The notes beneath the pieces were generated by a model, which saw only the letters and a list, made by a program, of their open reading frames with translations, was not told the DNA's origin and ran no database searches. A stretch of DNA of 63,865 nt, counting the filler, from Octopus bimaculoides (lineage: Eukaryota), in assembly GCF_001194135.2 (NCBI RefSeq). It is 5 parts of 5 records of this genome, joined end to end, with 100 filler letters (N's around TTAATTAATTAA, not from the genome) between each part and the next. Parts side by side here need not be neighbours in the genome. Positions count along the whole stretch, not along the records: positions 1 to 20,259 come from NC_068982.1; positions 20,360 to 34,280 come from NC_069000.1; 3 more parts are not named here. The stretch is one strand, 5' to 3'. Positions within the stretch are counted from its first letter, which is position 1. Every line of letters starts with the position of its first letter. Shown piece by piece: positions 12,701-24,217 of the stretch. The position numbers and the translations under genes are program-made.

Positions 12701-13113
12701 TTACAAGACTGAATATCTTCTGCAGTTTTTGATGGGAATAAAGCGTCTCTGATGTTTCTTTCACCTGTTTACCGGTGTAAAACCGTCGTTGTGCTAAAAT
12801 GTAAAATTACAGCAATTCGACAGGGATCGATTAAGAAAAATTACCAGACTTATATATGGTACAAAATCAATGTTATCTATTGATAATGGTGCCCTGGTAT
12901 GGTTGTACTCAATTGATTGGAACCAATATAAGTCACAGAAATTCCAAAGCTATTTTTCCTGAAGAAAAACAATATTTTACCAAAACAGACAATTCCATCT
13001 CCACCAAAAACCAGGACATCGACATGTCTCCAAAATGGCTTCTCCATTACTTTCATTGCATTTAAAATCACTCATTCCATTGGTGTTGTTGTTGTTGTTG
13101 TTGTTGGTGCTGA

Positions 13114-13162
<49 letters not shown>

Positions 13163-14094
13163 GGTGGTGGTGGAGATTATTGCTGGTTTGTTTTTGTTGT
13201 TGCTATGGTTCCTGTTGTCGTTGTTATCTTTGTTACGATTTGTTATCTTCGTTGCCGATGTGGCTGTTAAAGTTGTTGCTGTTGTCTGTGTTTTTGTTGT
13301 TGTTACTGTTGTCTGTGTTGTTTAATGACAGATCAATCCTTATCCAGTATCCCAAAGAACTGATCCCAGACGTACCCATCCCATCGATTTAGTCGCGTGT
13401 AAGACAATCTAATGTGTTCTTTCTGAGATTTTATAAGACAAAAGGGCCTGATTTAAGAGAAATTTAGTTGCAATCTTCAGCAGAATAGACAACCTCGTAG
13501 AAGCTCCCACATTTTCTATGGAACTGTTTTGTTTAGCTCTACATCCATCCACTCACCCATCCTTCCACCCATGCATGCATTCATCCATCCATCTATACAT
13601 ACATGCATACATGCATACATACATACATACATACATACATACATACATACGTACATATATGCAGGCATACATACATATATACATATAATGTAGTGTAGTG
13701 TATGTGTATTACTCAAAGGACTACCTGCTGGAAATAACAGTCAAAACTCTTATTTAAATCATCAAAATACACTGATAATAACTACAGAAATCAACCGTCC
13801 AAAGGCAAACCGGCTAAGACAATCTCTCATTATATATTCAAGTATTTGGGTTCATGTGGACCGGTTTCTGGACAAGCATTATAGGACATACTTCGTATGT
13901 CCTTTGATTAATTTTAATCCGTCAGTTATTAATTGCTTTGGGGGGCCTGCAATCGCCTATATTATTGATTCTATTATTAAATGTGATTGTTTCAGTTAGT
14001 GGAATAGTTTCATTTTTAAAGTGAAAGTATTTGACATGAGTGTTTTTGTTTCACTTTTGACATGTAATACTTAAATAGTGGAGGAGATATTATG

Positions 14095-14262
14095 TTGCTG
14101 TGGGCTCGAACTATGCAAGAAGTTAAAAAATTTTTTTAGTAAAACACAACCAGGACCCTAAGTAAGGCATGTGTAAAATTTGAATGAAATTGGTTGCGTA
14201 GTTCTCGAGTTTTAGGGAAGCACACAGACACACAGACATACATTCTCATTTATATATATAGA
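14095..14262 (-). mobile_element. 5' end of a non-autonomous Helitron
   Basis: Minus strand starts A|TCtatatatataaatgagaatgtatgtctgtgtgtc...gagaactacgcaaccaatttcattcaaattttac, the A-TC junction and layout of Lep1-like Helitron 5' ends. No matching 3' CTRR end was found. Confidence 0.6.
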
Positions 14263-14339
14263 TAGATAGATAGATTATATATGCATATGTATATGTATAT
14301 ATGTATGTATATATACAACTTAACGTATATGCATATCTC

Positions 14340-14782
14340 CAGTGTAGTGATGGTGATGGTGATGGTGATGATGATGATACACTACCACCACCATCACTAT
14401 CGTCACGACCACCAATAGACTCCTCATCAACTGCAACTAGACGAACATCAATAACAGGAGTGTGTCAAGTGCAGCGGTGTAATGGTAACTGTACATTACA
14501 GTTGAGGTTGTGGTGGTGGTGGTGGTGCCACCATTGGGGAGATTGTTGTCTTAAGTGATTGTATCTGTTTCACGATGGAAATGATAACAAGGAAGTGGGG
14601 GAATGGTGTGGCGGGTGGGGTNNNNNNNNNNNNNNNNNNNNNNNNNNNNNNNNNNNNNNNNNNNNNNNNNNNNNNNNNNNNNNNNNNNNNGGTGGTGGTG
14701 TTAGTGTTAGTGACGATGGTGATGAGGATGATGATGGCAGTGATGGTTGTGTTGGTGGTGCTCATGAGGGTAATGATGATGA

Positions 14783-14814
<32 letters not shown>

Positions 14815-14973
14815 ATGATGATAATGATGATGATAATGGTGATGGTGGTGGTGGTGGTGGTCATCATGATGAAGATGATGATGATGATGATAATGGTGGT
14901 GGTGGTGGTAAAGGTGTTTGTGGCGGTGGCAATGATGATGATGATGAAGATATAATGATGACAATGATGGTGA

Positions 14974-15006
<33 letters not shown>

Positions 15007-15560
15007 TGATGATGATGATGATGATGATGTTGGTGATGATGGTGGTGGTGGTGGTGGTGGAGACGGCGGTGGTGTAATGGCAGCGGTGGTGGTGGTGATA
15101 AAAGGGCCGGCGCTCCACCCGGTTCACCCCAGCAGACACCAGCAATGCGAACATCAATAACAATAACAAAAACCAATAAGTGCATTGCATTGTGGGAAAT
15201 GTAGAAAAAACATCAACAATGGAAACAACGGAGAGCGAAGTAATTGTAACAGCGACAGACATGATGACGATACTAATAATGGTGATGACAGGGACGCAGA
15301 CGACGACGACGACGATGATGATGATGATGATGATGCTTATAAGATGGCGACGACATCGACTAGAGGAAGAGGGGAAGGAGGAAGTAGGGGAAGAACAGCA
15401 GAAGAAGAAGATGATGATGATGATGATTATGAAGGAGGAGGAGGAGGAGGAGCAAGGGGAAGGAGAGGATGAAGATGATGGAAAAGAAGAAAAGGAAAAA
15501 GAAGACAACAAAACCATTGAAACAGAAGATGGTCAACAACAACAACAACAGCAAAATCAA
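14340..15560. repeat. compound trinucleotide low-complexity region (GAT/GGT/GAC/GAG/GAA/CAA)
   Basis: About 1.2 kb mosaic of imperfect triplet runs. The overlapping homopolymer ORFs on both strands follow from the repeats. Confidence 0.9.
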
Positions 15561-15770
15561 AAAAAAGAAAAATACTAAAACATAAATAGAGAAAACAACA
15601 ATGAAATGTAATGGAGTCACAATTGTAAAACGATGACTTTGCCTCGTTTTCGATTTACCGTCACATTACTTCCTGTGTCTGTGTCGATAGTTCCATCCCC
15701 ACCCTATCGCCCCCAACGAAATATTTCTCTAAGGCATCCAGTCACTTAACGCACTTCAGCTTACGTTATA

Positions 15771-15805
<35 letters not shown>

Positions 15806-16110
15806 CATACACGTCATAATTATGTGTGTGTGTGTCTCTTATCCAATGTTGTCCCATTTAATAGCATCAATAAGGCAATAAGTGCTGAGGTAGCGTCCAC
15901 CATCGCCGCCGCCGCCACCACCAGCATCATCATCATCAACACTGCCTTCGTCGTCGTCATCATCAGCGTCATTGTTTCGACTCTGGAAGTACGAAAAGCA
16001 TCTTGAAATAAAGAGACAACTCATAGTAACTGAATAAATAATCGCCAGCAGCTGCTTTTGTTCGATGCACCGGTTTTACGCCGATACATCGTTTTCTTTC
16101 TCGCGCATAC

Positions 16111-16203
16111 ATCAAGGCGTGTTCCCTGTAATTCTCGTCAACGCTTGGAATGCGCAGCTCATCGTCGGTTCCTTTCGGTTTTATTGGATTTAATAATCCT
16201 TTG
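16111..16203 (-). CDS. candidate internal coding exon (phase 2-2), unknown protein
   Basis: Acceptor cctttgacctttatattcttaaag with an in-frame stop just upstream, and donor gtatgc. Open frame KGLLNPIKPKGTDDELRIPSVDENYREHAL in CpG-rich unique sequence. Confidence 0.25.
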
Positions 16204-16699
16204 CTTTAAGAATATAAAGGTCAAAGGTAGACGGGACAGTATTTCAGAATTTAGTAATTGGGCGTGTCAACGTTTTGGTAACGGGATATTTTAGAGATTC
16301 ACAAAAGAATGTAACTAGGTGGTATGTTTTAGCTTTGTATGTTGTTGTTGTTATTTAAGGTATTTCCTGTTTATATTTGGAAGGTGGGGGTTATTAGTCG
16401 GGCATATCATGGTGTTGTTAATATAGACATTTGTTTACCTTTAGCTTTGATGTTCATAAACGGATATGGTTAGGTGTAAAGGTTGTTGGTCTGTCTCTCC
16501 AGTTGTTCATTCTTCTATAAGCAATTTGATTTGTATGAAAGAATTTTAACCTATGTTTTTCACGGATGTAAGGTAGAGTACAGTTTGGGGACGATGTGTT
16601 GATAAATATTTCTTCGATTCTGTTTTAAAAGTAGGAATTTCACAATAAATTATTTTACGTTTCTGAACATACGCAAAAGTGGAACATTATAAGATATGT

Positions 16700-17100
16700 G
16701 CAGGAGTGGCTGTGTGGTAAGTAGCTTGCTTACGAACCACATGGTTCCGGGTTCAGTACCACTGCGTGGCACCTTCAGCAAGTGACTTCTACTATAGCCT
16801 CGGGCCGACCAAAGCCTTGTGAGTGGATTTGGTAGATGGAAACTGAAAGAAGCCCGTCGTATATATATATGTATATATGTGTGTGTGCGTGTTTGTTGTG
16901 TCTGTGTTTGTCCCCCCATCATCGCTTGACAACCGATACTGGTGTGTTTACGTCCCCGTAACTTAGCGGTTCGGCAAAAGAGTACGATAGAATAAGTACT
17001 AGGCTTACAAAGAATAAGTCCTGGGGTCGATTTGTTTCGACTAAAGGCGGTGCTCCAGCATGGCCGCAGTCAAATGACTGAAACAAATAAGTAAAAGAAT
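16700..17100 (+). mobile_element. full-length bipartite tRNA-derived SINE with internal (TA/TG)n linker
   Basis: A-box tggctgtgtgg and B-box ggttcagtacc, then body, microsatellite linker and a second half ending gactgaaacaaataagtaaaagaat. Multiple copies occur in the window; CpGs are retained in this one. Confidence 0.9.
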
Positions 17101-17223
17101 ATAACTATTGACATATCATGTAAGTGCCTACCAAACAGGAAACACCAAAATTTCGAAGTCATTTTCAATAATACTCTTATTTAAGAATAACATATTTATT
17201 TGTATGTGTGTTTATATATATGC

Positions 17224-17254
<31 letters not shown>

Positions 17255-17769
17255 TGTATGTATGTATGTATGTATGTATGTATGTATGTATGTGCGTGTG
17301 GAAATACATATGTATCCAAATACATATATACATATATTCAGTCTCCTGTGCCTGACGAGCTACGATCCTATGACAAGCCTGCGAAACTTTGAGTTGCATG
17401 CAACCGAATCAAACTGTTTTTAAATAATGATATATGTAACTCTTATGATGAGAGAGAATGGAGTCGCGAGGAAAAAGACTGAATGAATTTCTGAAGCGCA
17501 AAAACTAAAAAAGAAAATATGTTAGAAAGAAAGATTAAAAAAAAAAAAAAATCATTAAATATGTTATAAAGAATAGATTGGTGGAAATGCGGAATGAGAG
17601 ATGGAGAAGAAGTGGAAAGAGAAGCAGCGAAAGTTTGAAATCAAACGATTTTTTTTAAATGACCAACAGCAGCGACGATTGCGTGTTAATTACGAGAAAT
17701 CTGCCTTCGGGATATTGGTAAATGAGATGGCTTCGGGTATATAGGCATGGATGGATCTGTGAGTGCGTA

Positions 17770-17800
<31 letters not shown>

Positions 17801-17950
17801 CTTATAGGTAGTTATGTAGGTAGGCGTATGTGTACGAAGGTAAATTTTTAAAGTGTATGTATATAAATGTGTAGTTTATATGAAAATATATTATGTATAT
17901 TATATATGAATAAATACACGCATGTGTGTGTGGGTGTGCGTGTGCACAGA

Positions 17951-17951
17951 A

Positions 17952-18046
<95 letters not shown>
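17951..18046. repeat. (GA)n microsatellite, representative of dozens of (CA)n, (TA)n, (GA)n, (TATG)n, (TATC)n, (AAT)n and (CAT)n tracts
   Basis: Read directly. Other long examples are (TG)n at 9084-9178, (AAT)n at 9903-9980, (TATC)n at 31145-31204 and (TATG)n at 58590-58720. Most N-gaps start at such tracts. Confidence 0.95.
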
Positions 18047-18050
<4 letters not shown>

Positions 18051-18157
18051 AAGAACGTTTATGTACATAAAGCACGCTTGTACACTCAAGTATGTATACA
18101 CACACACATACACGTACACACATGCAGTTTCATTTACAGAATCTCTCTCTCTCCCTA

Positions 18158-18188
<31 letters not shown>

Positions 18189-18268
18189 CTATCTATCTAT
18201 CTTTATATTGTATATTTCCATGTATATCTACATACATATATATATTTTCAGGATTAAATGAAATGATA

Positions 18269-18301
<33 letters not shown>

Positions 18302-18302
18302 C

Positions 18303-18394
<92 letters not shown>

Positions 18395-20049
18395 ACATAC
18401 ATATATGTTCTATATATGAATTTAAATAGTATATTTGCAAGTATTTCTACACACAAACACACACATGTATGCATATATGTATGTATGTATGTATGTGTGT
18501 GTGTAAAGGCCTGCTTATGTCCACCCCACCCCACCACGTCTACAATGTGGAGCACCACTTATTAACACCTTCGCTAATTGTTAGGAGTGGTGCAAAAAAG
18601 AAAGAAAAAATATGGCGACAAAACTCCATCATCTTCCAATCATTNNNNNNNNNNNNNNNNNNNNNNNNNNNNNNNNNNNNNNNNNNNNNNNNNNNNNNNN
18701 NNNNNNNNNNNNNNNNNNNNNNNNNNNNNNNNNNNNNNNNNNNNNNNNNNNNNNNNNNNNNNNNNNNNNNNNNNNNNNNNNNNNNNNNNNNNNNNNNNNN
18801 NNNNNNNNNNNNNNNNNNNNNNNNNNNNNNNNNNNNNNNNNNNNNNNNNNNNNNNNNNNNNNNNNNNNNNNNNNNNNNNNNNNNNNNNNNNNNNNNNNNN
18901 NNNNNNNNNNNNNNNNNNNNNNNNNNNNNNNNNNNNNNNNNNNNNNNNNNNNNNNNNNNNNNNNNNNNNNNNNNNNNNNNNNNNNNNNNNNNNNNNNNNN
19001 NNNNNNNNNNNNNNNNNNNNNNNNNNNNNNNNNNNNNNNNNNNNNNNNNNNNNNNNNNNNNNNNNNNNNNNNNNNNNNNNNNNNNNNNNNNNNNNNNNNN
19101 NNNNNNNNNNNNNNNNNNNNNNNNNNNNNNNNNNNNNNNNNNNNNNNNNNNNNNNNNNNNNNNNNNNNNNNNNNNNNNNNNNNNNNNNNNNNNNNNNNNN
19201 NNNNNNNNNNNNNNNNNNNNNNNNNNNNNNNNNNNNNNNNNNNNNNNNNNNNNNNNNNNNNNNNNNNNNNNNNNNNNNNNNNNNNNNNNNNNNNNNNNNN
19301 NNNNNNNNNNNNNNNNNNNNNNNNNNNNNNNNNNNNNNNNNNNNNNNNNNNNNNNNNNNNNNNNNNNNNNNNNNNNNNNNNNNNNNNNNNNNNNNNNNNN
19401 NNNNNNNNNNNNNNNNNNNNNNNNNNNNNNNNNNNNNNNNNNNNNNNNNNNNNNNNNNNNNNNNNNNNNNNNNNNNNNNNNNNNNNNNNNNNNNNNNNNN
19501 NNNNNNNNNNNNNNNNNNNNNNNNNNNNNNNNNNNNNNNNNNNNNNNNNNNNNNNNNNNNNNNNNNNNNNNNNNNNNNNNNNNNNNNNNNNNNNNNNNNN
19601 NNNNNNNNNNNNNNNNNNNNNNNNNNNNNNNNNNNCCACCCCACCACCACACCTATCCTCATTATGCTCATCGTTATTATGTATCTTACCCTAATCCCCT
19701 TTAATATCATCATCGTTATAATCATCATCATCATCATCATAGACACCATCATCCTCGTAGCCGTCATGATGACGACGATGATGATGATGATCACCGCCAC
19801 CACCGTTGTCATCGTCACTCACCATGAACCCTAATACCAACGCGTCCCTCACAATTAGCCACTAGAGAGGTGTCAGCGGGTTGTCCCCTTCACAAAGGAA
19901 CCATGCTGTATACATGGCGGCCTCCCGCCCCTAAGTCACACTCCTACCTCCAGGGCAGAGTTGGATCTTCTTTTCCATTCTCTCACTCACTCTTTCCCAT
20001 ATTCATTAACCTCTCTCTCTTTCTGTCTCTCTCTGCCTTTCTCTTCTAC

Positions 20050-20085
<36 letters not shown>

Positions 20086-20223
20086 CGTCTCTCACATTCC
20101 CTGCCCCTCCCCTCCCCTTTTGGAAATTTTCTTACAAACCCCTAAAAACAACATATTTAAAGATGTATTTCTTTATCATTCCTCAAACATTGTCTGTCTG
20201 TCTGTCTGGCTATCCATCCATCT

Positions 20224-20259
<36 letters not shown>

Positions 20260-20359
20260 NNNNNNNNNNNNNNNNNNNNNNNNNNNNNNNNNNNNNNNNN
20301 NNNTTAATTAATTAANNNNNNNNNNNNNNNNNNNNNNNNNNNNNNNNNNNNNNNNNNNN
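20260..20359. other. artificial scaffold join (44 N + TTAATTAATTAA + 44 N)
   Basis: An identical 100-bp construct occurs at 34281-34380, 53301-53400 and 62558-62657. The 12-mer has stops in all six frames. Confidence 0.95.
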
Positions 20360-20678
20360 TAAGAGCTCTCTAAACTTTGCCCAGGCTATTCTTATTCTAG
20401 CAGCTACACTTTCAGCGCACCCACCCCCACTACTAACTTGGTCGCCCAGATAGCGGAAGCTATCGACTACCTCTAGTTTTTCACCCTGGAATGAGATAGA
20501 AGTTGTTTCCTGTTTGTTTGCAGTCTTTATTGCACCTGAACATCTGCCACAAACAAAAACTAACTTGCTAGTTAACCTGCCTTTGATGTTGCTGCACCTC
20601 TTATGTGTCCATAGCTTGCACCGGGTACATCTTATAGAGTTACTACCTACTCCTTTTCTACATACTGAGCAGGGCCAA

Positions 20679-20893
20679 GGCGCTTGGCTCAGTGGTTAGA
20701 GCATTGAGCTTACAATCGTGAAGTTGTGAGTTCGAATCCCGGACCGGGCTGCGTGTTGTGTTCTTGAGCAAGACACTTCATTTCACGTTGCTCCAGTTCA
20801 CTCAGCTGTAGAAATGAGTTGCGACGTCACAGGTACCAAGCTGTATTGGCCTTTGCCTTTCCACTGGATGACACTGGTAGCGTGGAGAGGGGA
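20679..20893 (+). mobile_element. tRNA-derived CORE-type SINE
   Basis: A-box tggctcagtgg and B-box gttcgaatccc, then gtgttcttgagcaagacactt...cagttcactcagctgtagaaatgag. This resembles the CORE domain (gtgaccttgggcaagtcactt...cagtttcctcatctgtaaaatggg). Confidence 0.85.
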
Positions 20894-22095
20894 CCGGTAT
20901 GTTGAGTGAAAGAGCAGTACACACAATTCAAGTGACACTAGGGTATAAATATACGAAGCCCAATATACCCACCAAGACTACCTATCTAATAAGGTTACAC
21001 CAGGCACATGCATCATAACTATATGTGCATCACATGGTGACTTCATATCAAGATAAACAGTCTATGACCTTGTAGGTGGGGGCCCAGTTAGAATTTTATT
21101 CAGACAGATTAGCCCATCCTACTCAAAAAAGTCCCTGAATAAGATTTAAGGATGAATTATTAAAACCCCAAAGAATCTCTCTGAACATGATGCTCCCCTA
21201 CTACTCCTGCTCCTGATTAGAGATGCACATATTGTCAGCTACTAAGGGACTCAGCTGGTTAAGGTCAAGCAACTGACAAGCAAATTTGATGCATTAAGCA
21301 GAATATTTGTTCTAGCCCCTTTTTTTTATACTAAGACAAAGCATATACATGTTAACACTTCCAATCAGTTAAGAGAGGATGCCTGAAGAGCTACTGTCTG
21401 GTATTGCACCAGGGCATATTATTATTAAATACAGTTTACTAGATGAATAGTTTGCTACTTCAAGATTCTCCAGATGGGTAACACAATAATACCCAAGAAT
21501 ATCGGGCATTCAAATTTCATTCAAACAAACATCCAGTTACACACCAATTTGCTGATAAACTAGGTCAGCATATGCATTATAGTGTGATATAAGGGAGATA
21601 ACTCATGACTACCTTGTAGGAATTATTTACCTTGGTTTAATCGTAAGTAATATTAATTGATATTAAACTGTTGTCTTTACAACATTATTAGTGTCATAGA
21701 AGTCAAGCAGAGAAGGGAATAAACTCACTGAGTATACAAGAGTGTACAAGAGTGAAATTAGAATGTTCTATAATGTTTACAATTCCACAGCTGGAGTAAA
21801 TAATTATTGAAAAGTTTTCTTGCCTAAAAAAAAACAAAAAAAAAACGAGTTCTTCAGATAGGTATACTCAAGCTCTCTTGATATAGCCAGTCTGTTGATG
21901 ATATATGTTGTCAGAATTTTGGTAAATATTTGCTAAATTAGTGGCATCTGCCAAAATTTCCAGAGTGAATATTTAAGTATATAGTTGAAGCTTTCAATAT
22001 TATTCTCATTTCTGCTCTGCATAGCTTACAGTTTCTCATAGCATTCATAAATGGTATACTTTGTACTTGGATTTTCCATTTGATAATATACTCAC

Positions 22096-22160
22096 AAGCT
22101 ATATTCCTTTAACTACCAAACATAGTTGGATAACACCAGTGTGTTCTGTTGGTGTTATTT
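22096..22160 (-). CDS. candidate stop-containing (last coding or poison) exon of the zinc-finger gene
   Basis: Strong acceptor ctacttctttcag and donor gtgagt. A phase-1 start continues exon 23356 as EITPTEHTGVIQLCLVVKGI*, with the stop 3 nt before the donor. Confidence 0.3.
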
Positions 22161-22454
22161 CTGAAAGAAGTAGGGTGGTTTACATATCTTTGCTTAAAAT
22201 TTCCATCTACAATTCCAATGGCCCCAAATAAATATCTAAACACATACTTTTTATGGCAGATGCCAACACTCACAAATTTTTGCCAAAATTTTGGCATCGT
22301 ATGTCATCATCAAATCAGATATAAGCTTAATCACAAACTCCCTTTTAAACAAGAAAGCCTTTTAGTGAGTACGTATTCCATTGGCGGAACAGCAGATTTT
22401 ACAGAAGATACAACTTCATCCTTGCATAACTGGTTCATACACTTTATAAGAACA

Positions 22455-22660
22455 AGTATTTATCGACCCTGAAAGGATGTAAGGCAAAGTCGACCTCGGC
22501 GGAATTTGAACTCAGATCATAGGAAGGGCATCCAGCTGTAGAAACCAAGCCAAAACGGACAACTGGAGCCTGATGCAGCTCTCTGGCTGTCCAGCTCTGG
22601 TCAAGCTCTTTAATCTATGTCAACATGGAAACAGACATTAAACGATGATGATGATTTACA
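22455..22660. mobile_element. reverse SINE central-domain fragment followed by a forward V-domain SINE tail
   Basis: tcgaccctgaaaggatgtaaggcaaagtcgacctcggcggaatttgaactcag, then aggaagggcatccagctgtagaaacc (V-domain-like) ending in (GAT)n. Confidence 0.7.
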
Positions 22661-22748
22661 TATGTATGTATGTATGTAAAATTATCAGGGATTTGACCTA
22701 AGAACATAAATGGATGTAACCAAGTACCACAAGGTATTTATCCAACCT

Positions 22749-23086
22749 TACTCTTTTACTTGTTTCAGTCATTTGACTGCGGCCATGCTGGAGCACCGCC
22801 ATTAGTCGAGCAAATCAATCCCAGGACTTATTCTTTGGAAGCCTAGTACTTATTCTATCGGTCTCTTTTGCCAAACCGCTAAGTTATGGGGGCATAAACA
22901 CACCAACATCGGTTGTCAAGCAATGGGGGATGGACAAACTCAAACACACACAAATATATAGAAGTACATACGACGGGCTTCTTTCGATGCTGGGTAGACA
23001 AACACAGACACACAAACACACACACACACACACACANNNNNNNNNNNNNNNNNNNNNNNNNNNNNNNNNNNNNNNNNNNNNNNNNN

Positions 23087-23125
<39 letters not shown>

Positions 23126-23284
23126 ACGGGCTTCTTTCAGTTTCCGTCTACCAAATCCACTCACAAGGCTTTGATTGGCTCGAGGCTATAGTAGAAGACA
23201 CTTGCCCAAGGTGCCACGCAGTGGGAATGAACACGGAACCATGTGGTTGGTAAGCAAGCTAGTTACTACACAGCCACTCCCGCG
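22749..23284 (-). mobile_element. full-length bipartite SINE (same family as 16700-17100)
   Basis: Reverse-complement match to both halves, with an internal partial duplication and a small gap in the linker. Confidence 0.9.
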
Positions 23285-23355
23285 CCTTGCATATTTTGAT
23301 TTATAAGGGGCACAGGCATTAACAACAACAAATACAACACATAACAGAAACTTAC

Positions 23356-23494
23356 CTGATTCATTTGAAGAAGTTTTGAAAAAGAGGTTAGTTTTTTTAT
23401 CTTCAGTATAAGTTTCAGCTGTAAAGGCTTTTCTAAAGGGATCTGAGGATTTCCTGTGGGTTCTGGTTTTCATACATCTCCGTTCATGAATTCT
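23356..23494 (-). CDS. coding exon (phase 0-1) carrying the His/Cys half of a C2HC zinc finger
   Basis: Acceptor tcttgtgtatcttacag and perfect donor CAG|GTAAGT. 139 bp, open in only one frame: RIHERRCMKTRTHRKSSDPFRKAFTAETYTEDKKTNLFFKTSSNES. Confidence 0.85.
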
Positions 23495-23789
23495 CTGTAA
23501 GATACACAAGACATTTATGTTTTTATTATCTTGAGATAAATATAAACAGAAATCAGTACTGGATTTAGATTTGGTGAAGTTCTAAAATAATTAAAGCTTT
23601 GAGTGTGCGTTTGGGCTTGATTAGAATATTACATTGTCTGTCTGTATATATATCTCTCTCTCTGTGTATATTACAGGGATGTAAACAAACCAACACCAGC
23701 TGTCAAGCAGTGGCAGACAACAAACACAAACACTTACATACACTCCTCCTACACCTACATGCATATATATATATATATATATATATATG

Positions 23790-24016
23790 CATGTAAGTGT
23801 AGGAGGAGTGTATGTAAGTGTTTGTGTTTGTTGTCTGCCACTGCTTGACAGCTGGTATTGGTTTGTTTACATCCCTGTAATTTAGCAGTTCAGCGAAAGA
23901 GACTGATGGAATAAGTACCAGACTTTAAAGATAAGTACGAGTGTCAATTCATTTGATTAAATCTTTCACGGTGGAACCCCAGCATGGCCACGGTCCAATA
24001 ACTGAAATAAGTAAAA
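23790..24016 (+). mobile_element. second half of the bipartite SINE (forms the right arm of the 23670-23881 palindrome)
   Basis: gcttgacagctggtattggtttgtttacatccctgtaatttagcagttcagc...aataagtacc...cagcatggccac...actgaaataagtaaaa matches 16920-17100 with CpG decay. Confidence 0.8.
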
Positions 24017-24056
24017 CGGTGATTATGATGACAAGGAGTCCGATAGATGTACTCAC

Positions 24057-24124
24057 CATTTCCTCGAGGTTAAAACCCAGCCCACAAAATGCACATGAAA
24101 ACAGTTCTGACCTTTGGGGTGGAG
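24057..24124 (-). CDS. coding exon (phase 1-0) carrying the CxxC half of a C2HC zinc finger
   Basis: Acceptor ttttccatttctccattgtttcag and donor ATG|GTGAGT. 68 bp encoding PPQRSELFSCAFCGLGFNLEEM. Splices in frame to 23494 giving CAFCGLGFNLEEMRIHERRC (C-x2-C-x11-H-x3-C). Confidence 0.85.
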
Positions 24125-24217
24125 CTGAAACAATGGAGAAATGGAAAACTGAGAGAAATTTAAGGAACATGAGAAAGAAAAAATATATAGAATAACAGAA
24201 ATAATGATAATAATAAT

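Noticed and set aside
20523-20627. Strong plus-strand acceptor ttgtttcctgtttgtttgcag followed by an open frame
   Set aside because: Weak donor, unremarkable peptide and no partner exon.
20679-20750. tRNA-like A/B boxes (also 16700-16765, 27315-27375 and 43905-43930)
   Set aside because: They run into SINE bodies or lack a cloverleaf and acceptor stem, so these are SINE heads, not tRNA genes.
22209-22250. YVFRYLFGAIGIVDGNF, resembling a transposase DG motif
   Set aside because: Only a few residues match and there is no flanking domain or TIR.
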